Source: Squalus acanthias (taxonomy: Eukaryota). Taken from it: a DNA stretch of 64,000 nt. Shown here one piece after another: positions 55,370 through 64,000 of the stretch (positions are counted from its first letter, which is position 1; the number at the start of each line of letters is the position of its first letter). Location of the stretch: assembly GCA_030390025.1 (NCBI GenBank), contig CM059432.1:45386001-45450000 (forward strand), read 5' to 3'. Below the pieces are notes generated by a model. It was given only the letters and a program-made list of their open reading frames with translations. It searched no databases and was not told where the DNA came from. The position numbers were made by a program, and so were the translations under genes.

Positions 55370-55541
55370 TTCTTCTCCAAACTCGATTCAAACCCCCCGA
55401 ACTTTATTGACAACCCCGCTGGACAGTCTCTCTCCACCAGCCTAGCCCCGCCCCTCAAGCGCGCGTTGCTCCTCCGCAGCGCCAGGGCGGTCACGTGGCG
55501 ATGAGGCGGGGACGTGGCCCGTGAGTCGGAGTGTGTTGGCG
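55370..55541. promoter_or_regulatory. CpG-island bidirectional promoter shared by DECR1 and NBN
   Basis: 172 bp between divergent ATGs. GC boxes ccccgcccc (55446-55454) and gggcgg (55485-55490), E-box CACGTG (55492-55497). CpG-rich from about 55200 to 55720. Confidence 0.85.
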
Positions 55542-55575
55542 ATGTGGGCGCTGAAGCCGTTAGCCCCGGGTGGAG
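55542..55575 (+). CDS. NBN: Nibrin exon 1 (MWALKPLAPGG)
   Basis: MW.L.P N-terminus as in NBS1 (MWKLLPAAGPAGG). Phase-1 GT donor compatible with exon 2. Syntenic position. Confidence 0.85.
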
Positions 55576-55748
55576 GTACCGCGCGGGCTGCTGATGGTGG
55601 CCTCTGATTATTTTCCGTGTTATTTTCACCAGTGTCAAGGTCCCGTCGGTTTCGGTGCACGAGCTGACGGAGAGTAACCGCGCCTGCGCGGGCGCGGTCT
55701 GCAGCATCAACTGGCCGGAGTGCTGGGGAAACTAGTGTGTCCCTGATA

Positions 55749-56292
55749 TAACAACAGAAAACGCTGGAAAAACTCAGCAGGCCAGGCAGCATCCGTGCAG
55801 AGAGAAACAGAGTTAACGTTTCAGATCGAAGACCCTTCGTCAGAACTGGAAAAAAAGCAGGAAATGAAATAGATTTTAAAGCAAGTTCGGGCTGGGAAAA
55901 GGGGAGGGGATGAAAGAACAAAAGGGAAGGTCAGTGATGGGATAGAAAGCAGGAGAGATTGAGAGATATTCAAGGCAAGAGGAGGTGGAAATGGGACAGG
56001 TTGAGGTACAAAGGACGGCTCTAAATGAAGTGTGAATTGTGCTGGCAGAATGAAAGACAGCTGCCATGTGGGAGGGAAGAAAAAAGGCCAAACAAAAGTG
56101 GATAAAAAAAATAAAATAAAAATATATATGTATATGTGATAGGGGCCGGGGTTATGATCTGAAATTGTTGAACTCTTGAGTCCAGAGGGCTGTAGAGTGC
56201 CTAATCGAAAGATGAGGTGCTGTTCCTCGAGCTTACGCTGAGCTTCCGTGGAACAATGCAAGAGGCCGAGGACGATGAGGTCTGAGTGGGAA
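55749..56292 (-). mobile_element. Penelope-like element 3' end (GIY-YIG C-terminus plus 3' region)
   Basis: EAQRKLEEQHLIFRLGTLQPSGL on the minus strand. The 3' region carries a hammerhead motif. Confidence 0.85.
55811..55847 (-). ncRNA. Minimal type I hammerhead ribozyme motif (family 2), intact
   Basis: AGTT-CTGACGA-A-GGGTC(ttc)GATCT-GAAA-CG-T-T-AACT. Confidence 0.75.
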
Positions 56293-56419
56293 TGGTCCTG
56301 ATCCGGGGCGCGGGTTGCTGACCCATGCGTGAAGTCAGCTGGATGTGTGGTCGGAAGGAAGGAGAATGGGGACCAGTTTTGACTGGCTGGACAGGAAGTA
56401 CAAACTACACCTAAAAGAA

Positions 56420-56862
56420 AGGAAGACTTGCATTTGTGTAGCGACTTTCACGACCACCGGAAGTCCATAGCGCTTTACAGCCAGCTAAGTACTTTTGAAG
56501 TGTACTCACTGTTGTAATGTAGGAAACTCAGCAGCCAATTTGCACACAGCAAGCTCCCACAAACAGCAACGTGAGAATGACCAGACATTCTGTTTTTAGT
56601 GATGCTGATTGAGGGATAAATATTGGCCAGGACACCGGGGAGAACTCCCCTGCTCTTTGAAATAGTGTCGTGGGATCTTTTACATCCACCTGAGAGAGCA
56701 GACAGGGCATCTGTTTAATGTCTCATCCGAAAGACGGCACCTCCGACCGCGCAGCACTGCACTGAGTGTTAGCCTAGATTTTTGTGCTCAAGTCTCTGGA
56801 GTGGGATTTGAACGCAGAACCTCCTGACTCAGCCGAGGGTGCTACCAACTGAGCCACTGGCA
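56420..56862 (-). mobile_element. DeuSINE, near full length
   Basis: Homologous to 20836-21324, including the tRNA-like head. Confidence 0.82.
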
Positions 56863-57439
56863 CTAATGAGCTGTAACCTATGGAGTGGGATGGAGAGACG
56901 TAACCTACAGGATATGGGATAAGAACATAGGAACAGGAGTAGGCCATCCAGCCTCCTCGAGCCTTTTCCGCCATTCAATGAGATCATGGCTGATCTGTAT
57001 CCTAACGCCATCCATCTGCCTTAGCTCCACATCCCATAATACCCATGGCTAACAAAAATCTATCTCAGATTTAAAATTATTAATTGAGCTTGCTGAAGAG
57101 TTGGGAATATGGACAGTGAAAGGCAAAAGTAGTCTAAAATAGTATACACCAGAGGTGGTGTGTCTTGAAGCAGATAGGAGCGATGTTATAGATAATGCAG
57201 GGTTGCTGTATTTATAAATGAATGCACAAAGCAATAGAAATAAAGTCAGGGAATTAGAGGCAGTAGTTGGAATGTAGGAATATGATTTTATATCCTTGAT
57301 CCTTGATGCAGGAAAGTGATTGGGGTAAGGATAACCAGATTGTGTCAGGAAAGGACAGAGCGTACAAACAAAGAAGTGCACTAACAAATAGGGTCCGGGT
57401 AAGAAAAAATGGTAAGACAAATAGGACCATAGTACAAAA

Positions 57440-60400
57440 AAATATTAAGATGTCTAAAAATGTTAAAGACAAATCTAAAGGCACTGTATCTGAATGCACA
57501 AAGCATTCGTAATAAGGTAGACAAATTAACAGCGCAAATAGATGTAAACGGATACGGATCAGCCAGGCGGAGGAGGAGGGTGGTGGTGGATGGGGACTGG
57601 TTGGGCCTCTGTTCAAGGAAGAAGCGGAGCGCCCTCAGGCCATCCTGGTGGGGGATGGAGGTGTAGAGGGATTGTACGTCCATAGTGAAAAGGAGGCGGT
57701 TGGGGCCGGGAAACTGGAAACTGTTAAAGTGGCGGAGGGCGTCAGAAGAGTCGCGGATGTAGGTGGGAAGAGACTGGACAAGGGGAGAAAAAGTAGAGTC
57801 GAGATAGGAAGAGATAAGTTCCGTGGGGCAAGAACAGGCTGAAACGGTGGGTCTACCAGGGCAGTCCTGTTTGTGGATCTTGGGAAGGAGGTAGAAGCGG
57901 GCTGTGCGGGGTTGGGGAACTATGAGGTTGGTGGCCGTGGGGGGGAAGATCTCCAGAGGAGATGAGGTCAGTGACAGTCTTGGAAATGGTGGCTTGATGT
58001 TCGGTAGTGGGGTCATGGTCCAGCTGGAGGTAGGAGGAGGTGTTGGAGAGTTGCCGTTCAGCTTCCGCTCAGCGTAAGCTCGAGGAACAGCACCTCATCT
58101 TTCGATTAGGCACTCTACAGCCCACTGGACTCAACATAGAGTTCAACAATTTCAGATCATAATTTCGGCCCCTATCACATACATATATATATATATATAT
58201 ATATCCACACTTTTTGTTTGGCCCTTTTTTTCTTCCCTCCCACATGGCAGCTGTCCTTCATTCTGCCAGCACAATTCACATTTCATCTAGAGCCATCCTT
58301 TGTTCCTTAACCTGTCACATTACCACCTCCTATTGCCTTGAATATCTCTTAATGTCTCTTAATCTCTCCTGCTTTCTATCCTATCACTGACCTTCCCTTT
58401 TGTTCTTGCATCCCCTCCCCCATTTCCCAGCCCCTAAACCTGCCTTAAAATCTACTCCATTTCCTACTTTTTTCCAGTTCTGACAAAAGGTCTGCGACCT
58501 GAAACGTTAACTCTGTTTCTCTCTCCACGGATGCTGCCTGGCCTGCTGAGTTTTTCCAGCATTTTCTGTTGTTATTTTGGATTTCCAGCATCCACGGTAT
58601 TTTGCTATTATATTAATTAATAATCTTGTTGTGCAGGGTCCTTTAGGGAAGAGTGACCAGAACATAATAGAATTCTTCATTAAGATGGAAAGTGAAGAAG
58701 TCCAATCTGAAACTAGGGTCCTAAATCTAAACAAAGGAAACTACGAAGGTATAAGGAGTGAGTTGGCTATGATAGATTGGGGAGCTTCATTAAAAGGCAT
58801 GACGGTGGATAGGCAATAGCTAACATTTAAGGAACGAATGCATGAATTGCAACAGTTATACATTCCTTTCTGGCGCAAAAACACAAAAGGAAAAGCGGCC
58901 CAACCATGGTTAACAAAAGAAATTAAGGATAGTATTAGATCCAAGGAGTCATATAAAGTTGCCAGAAAAAGTAGCAAACCTGAGGATTGGGAGCAGTTTA
59001 GAGTTCAGCAAAAAAGGACCAAGAGATTGATTAAGAGGGGAAAAATAGACTATGAGAGTAAACTTACAAGGAACATAAAAGCGGATTGTAAAAGCTTCTA
59101 CAAGTATGTAAAAAGAAAAAGATTAGTGAAGACAAATGTAGGTCCCTTACAGTCAGAAACGGGAGAATTTATAATGGGGAACAAGGAAATGGCAGAGCAA
59201 TTAAACAAATACTTTGGTTCTGTCTTCACGGAAGAGGACACAAATAACTTCCCAGAAATGCGAGAGAACCAAGGGTCTAGTGAGAAGGAGGAATTAAAGG
59301 AAATTAGTATTAGTAAAAAAATAGCGCTTGAGAAATTAATGGGACTGAAAGCCGATAAATCCCCAGGGCCTGATAATCTGCATCCCAGAGTAGTAAAAGA
59401 GGTAGCCATGGAAATAGTGGCTGCATTGGTTGTCATCTTCCAAAATTCTATAGATTACCGAACAGTTCCTGCAGATTGGAGGGTGGCAAATGTAACCCCA
59501 CTATTTAAAAAAGGAGGGAGAGAGAAAACGGAACTACAGACCGGTTAGCCTAACATCAGTAGTAGGGAAAATGCTAGAGTCTATTATAAAGGATGTGATA
59601 ACAGGACACTTAGAAAATATCAACAGGATTAGACAAAGTCAACATGGATTTATGAAAGGGGAATCGTGTTTGACAAACCTGGAGTTTTTTGAGGATGTAA
59701 CTGGTAGAATAGATAAGGGAGAACCAGTGGATGTGGTGTATTTGGATTTTCAGAAGGCCTTTGATAAAGTCCCACATAAGAGGTTAGTGTGCAAAATTAA
59801 AGCACATGGGATTGGGGGTAATATACTGGCATGGATTGAAAATTGGTTAACAGACAGAAAACAGAGAGTAGGAATAAATGGGTCTTTTTCGGGGTGGCAG
59901 GCGGTGATTAGTGGGGTACCGCAGGGATCAGTGCTTGGGCCCCAGCTATTCACAATATATATCAATGATTTGGATGAGGGAACCAAATGTAATATTTCCA
60001 AGTTTGCTGACGACACGAAACTAGGTGGGATTGTGAGTTGTGAGGAGGATGCAAAGAGGCTTCAAGGCGATTTAGACAAGTTAAGTGAGTGGGCAAATAC
60101 ATGGGAGATGCAGTATAACGTGGATAAATGTGAAGTTATCCACTTCGGTAGGAAAAACAGAAAGGCAGAGTATTATTTAAATGGTGATAGATTGGGAAAT
60201 GTTGATGTACAAAGGGACCTGGGTGTCCTTGTACACCAGTCACTGAAAGCAAACATGCAGGTGCAGCAAGCAGTTAGGAAGGCAAATGGTATGTTGGCCT
60301 TCATTGCAAGAGGATTTGAGTACAGGAGCAAGGATGTCTTACTAGTGTTATACAGGGCCTTGGTGAGACCACACCTGGAGTAGTGTGTGCAGTTTTGGTC

Positions 60401-60923
60401 TCCTTACCTAAGAAAGGATATACTTGCCATAGAGGGAGTGCAGCGAAGGTTCACCAGATGATTCCTGGGATGGCAGGATTGTCGTATGAGGAGAGATTGG
60501 GTCGACTAAGCCTGTATTCACTCGAGTTTAGAAGAATGAGAGGGGATCTCGTGGAAACGTATAAAATTCTGACAGGGCGAGACAGACTGGATGCAGGGAG
60601 GATGTTTCCCCTGGCTGGGGGGTCTAGAACGAGGGGTCACAGTCTCAGGATACGGGGTAGGACATTTAGGACTGAGATGAGGAGAAATTTCTTCACTCAG
60701 GGTGGTGAACCTGTGGAATTCTCTACCACAGACAGCTGTGGAGGCCAAGTCACTGAATATATTTCAGAAGGAGATAGATAGATTTCTAGACACAAAAGGC
60801 ATCAAGGGGTATGGGGAGAGAGCGGGAATATGGTATTGAGATAGAGGATCAGCCATGATCATATTGAATGGTGGAGCAGGACCGAATGGCCTACTCCTGC
60901 TCCTATTTTTCTATGTTTCTATG
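57440..60923 (+). mobile_element. CR1 LINE (about 57440-57557 and 58607-60923) interrupted by the Penelope element
   Basis: LKALYLNAQSIRNK start of APE, then ORFs 58838..59548 and 59571..60383 (RT), and a ttctatg tail. Confidence 0.92.
57558..58606. mobile_element. Rearranged Penelope-like element: RT segment on - (57558-58066), endonuclease C-terminus and 3' end on + (58067-58606)
   Basis: FYLLPKIHK..PGRP.VS and LFTMDVQSLYTSIP (Penelope RT), AQRKLEEQHLIFRLGTLQPTGLNIEFNNF*. Hammerhead-like motif at 58476-58512 with core CTGACAA. Confidence 0.9.
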
Positions 60924-61744
60924 ATGGAAACTTGGCGTCAGTATGGGCAGTACTGGAAACAAAATATTCTTGCTATAAAATTTTCAGGAGAAAGTGAAAA
61001 GGGAAAGGAATGGCCTTGTTAATTAAGAAGGTTCTTGGCTACTGGGCATAATTGAGGCAGAGACCATTGCAACTTTTACAGGAAAATTGGCTAAACATTG
61101 GAAACAAAGAAAGATGCAAAGCTTTGGAGTGAGAGTTGGGATTAAATTTGGATTGCTTAAGCAAAGACCAGCAGAGATACAATGGGGAGAATGGTTGACT
61201 TCTGTTGTAAAACTTATGGAAGTGCGTGATGCTGATAGTAGCTGCCTCAGAAAGATGTCCATTCTCCAGCACTGACATCCTTCACATTAATGAGAGCAAA
61301 AAAGAAATAAGTTTTAGGTCCCTGAATAATTGGAAAGAATTTGATCGTGAGATTTGTAGGTAATTTAGAGAGATTTGCGGTAGTAGTAGAGTTGTAATAA
61401 TAAATGAACGTCCGTCCAACAAGGTAGGATGGAATACGGGTAATGAAGCAGGACAAGTAAGCAACCTGAATGTGGGAGAAAAATTAAGAATTAATGACCA
61501 TAAACTAGGTTCACATTGAAAAAGATACAGAAAAAGATAAAGCTATTGGAGTAGAAGTTAGTGAATTACAGCGGACCCAGCCCAGGTTAAGTGGTTGGGG
61601 GGAAAATGGCAGCTCCAACGGCAGATCAGCAGTGAGAAATATTTAAATCTGAGTTGCTTAAGGTACAGCTTAAATACATTCCAACTAGGAGTAAGGGGGG
61701 CACATCAAAGACTGGGGTTCCATAGATGAATAAACTAGAGAAAT

Positions 61745-62100
61745 AAAGTTGCATTTATTTGGCACCTTGTATTTCTCAGGGCATTGCAAACGCATCCAAT
61801 TATTTACATTTTAAAGCTCAGTTATTGTTATGCAAGTAAATGTAGCAGCCAATTTGCACAAAGCTAGATCCCATAAACAGCAAATGAGATGAACGGCCAG
61901 CTGATCTGTTTTTAGTGATTTTGGTTGAAGGAGAAATGTTGGCCAGCAAACCAAGAGCTGCCTGCTCTTTGCAGAGTACCTTGGGATCTTACAGGCAGAC
62001 GGCACCTCAGTTTAATGTCTTATATAATGGATGGCATCGCTGACAATGCAGTACTCCCTCAGTAATATATTTAGTGTCAGCCTGTTTTTTGTCCTCAAGT
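61745..62100 (-). mobile_element. Degraded DeuSINE
   Basis: gcagccaatttgcac, tgtttttagtgat and ttgggatctt blocks as in the other copies. Confidence 0.65.
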
Positions 62101-63032
62101 CTGAAACCTATAATGCGCTCTATTTTTAAAACCACATGATAAATATAGTGGGGCTAATGCAGAAGAAAACTGAGAAATACAAACATTTTTATTAGGAAAG
62201 AGAATCAAAGAGAAAAAGACTGGTTATCATAAAGGGAAAATGTTGGGGCTTTTATAAGCACGTAAATGTAGAGTTAGCCATCGGACTGGGACCACTTGGC
62301 GACGAAGGAAAGGTGCACTTGCTTAATAAATATTTGTCTTCTGTGTCTACAGAGGAAGGTAAAAGTTGGACTGCAGGAGTACCTGAGGAGAATATGAAAG
62401 AGTCACTACTGGCGGTAGATGTTCAAAAGAAATTGGATTAAAATGGTTAATGGGACTGAAAGTAGAAAAGTCACCAATCCAATGAATTTATCTTCATGAT
62501 GTCTGTGCGAATCCAACTATATCTTAATAAATTCAATAAAATTATAATTAAATGTTCAGGGTAAAGAATTTTTATAATGCAATGTGTTTTTTTTGTTCAC
62601 AACCTTTTCTAAACGTGCGGGATTACATTTCTGACCATAAACTACCACTGTCAATCCAACAGCTTTTTAATTTGATCTTTGGCATGTAGGCAGAACTGAC
62701 AAAGCAATCTTTATTGCCCACTCCTAGGTGCCCTGAGGTCATTAAGAGTCAATCTGTAGTCGAGGACTGGAGTAGGCCAGATTATGGTGTTGCCAGAAAC
62801 TATTATTGTTGAAGGAAATTCCTTGTTTATTTCTGTTGAATACACTTCTTGCAAGAATTTAAAAGCAACCAATAATCTTGAAAAATTTTGAGTATTCACA
62901 GCTATAGTCAGTATTTGTTAGGATTATTGTTAAGGCTGTCCTTAAAGCACTTGAATAAATTGATGTCCTCTATAAACTTAGATTCCACTTCACCCTTTTT
63001 TTGTACCAATTAATATTTTCTTCATGTTGCAG

Positions 63033-63166
63033 AAGAGCCCTACCATTTTTTGGTTGGTGTAGATTACATTGTTGGACGAAAGAACTGTGCAATCCTTCTA
63101 CGTGATGATCAGTCCATTAGTCGTTCACATGCTGCACTTTCAGTTAGTCACACTGCTGCAAATCTG
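63033..63166 (+). CDS. NBN: Nibrin exon 2, FHA domain ([44 protein letters not shown])
   Basis: 134-bp cag/gtgag exon with the FHA signatures VGRKNC and DQSISR.H. The gene continues beyond the window. Confidence 0.96.
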
Positions 63167-64000
63167 GTGAGAAATCACTTTTATATTTTACTTTTGTAGA
63201 ATTCAGTGGTGCTACTTTCCTCTTGTTACAATCTTAAGTTGCTACTTGCAGGTTTTTCTATCATTACAGTTTGTTGTGTTTCATTATAGCCACCACTTTG
63301 GTCACTAATTGTCAATGTTGTTGAGTTTGAATTAAAAATTATCATTCACTTGACACTTGTATGTAAGGTACTGTCTTGGATAGAGAACTGGTTGCCAGAC
63401 AGGAAGCAAAGAGTTGGAATAAACGGGTAATATGTAATATAAAGACTACATTTGCTGCATTGTGTAGGAAGTAACTCCAAAAATGCTGATTTTGATTTCC
63501 GCGCTTAACAAAACTAGATAAATAAAAGCACTAGCTTTAACAAAAAAATACCTTTGTAGCTACTGAGAGCATCTTTATGAATCAGGAAATTTGACATTCC
63601 GCTATTGTAGTAGATTGATGAACTCCACTATGGATTCAGATTGGAATGTGAGACTTGAAAAGCAGTTTTAGAAAACTGGTGTGGGCAAAGGACATTTTCT
63701 CTTTGCCACTTGTGGAAAATCAGTAGAAATATCTGTTATCCCTGGAGACTATGCCTTCTGTTATTCACTGCAGGTAACCGGTGCAGCCTAAATCTGTGGC
63801 CTATACTGTCTGTCTGAAGGAGGGCTGAATGGAGGCACAAATGGAGCATGGCTGGGCAAAATTGAATTTTAAAAAGGACATTAACATTTTCAGCAAGTGC
63901 AAATTATGTCTCATTTCATCTGTCTACATTTATCTATTCTACTGGATTAAATTCATTCTTTTGATTGGAATTTGTGACTTTACAAAATTATTTCATTGTA

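Noticed and set aside
55315..55921. ORFs 55315..55710 and 55442..55921 as novel promoter-overlapping genes
   Set aside because: These are GC-rich, stop-poor frames across the CpG island, the second running in from a repeat. They have no recognisable protein features.

Overview
Vertebrate genomic DNA, very probably from a cartilaginous fish (shark), judging from its CR1, L2, DeuSINE and Penelope repeat content. It carries the conserved CALB1-DECR1-NBN block. CALB1 contributes its last 5 coding exons (+, 3331-15443). DECR1 is complete, with 10 exons (-, 55369 to 16975, 341 aa). NBN/nibrin contributes its first two exons (+, 55542-55575 and 63033-63166). The DECR1 and NBN start codons are only 172 bp apart, head-to-head across a small CpG island. 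All long ORFs in the track are decayed retrotransposons. The introns are packed with nested elements: CR1 and L2 LINEs, tRNA-derived SINEs, PIF/Harbinger-type MITEs with 3-bp TSDs, pogo/Tigger-type MITEs with TA TSDs, and Penelope-like elements. The most striking non-coding signal is six copies, in two families, of a minimal type I hammerhead ribozyme fold with compensatory stem changes, carried by Penelope-type ends. Two copies sit at the turn of near-perfect 56-96 bp foldback hairpins, and two flank the DECR1/NBN bidirectional promoter as an inverted pair. Other highlights are a 7.5-kb four-level nested transposon stack inside one Harbinger element, MITEs inserted within about 20 nt of DECR1 splice sites, and a 66-bp internal CR1 snippet that looks like a templated repair insertion. 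Repeat boundaries without a stated TSD are approximate.
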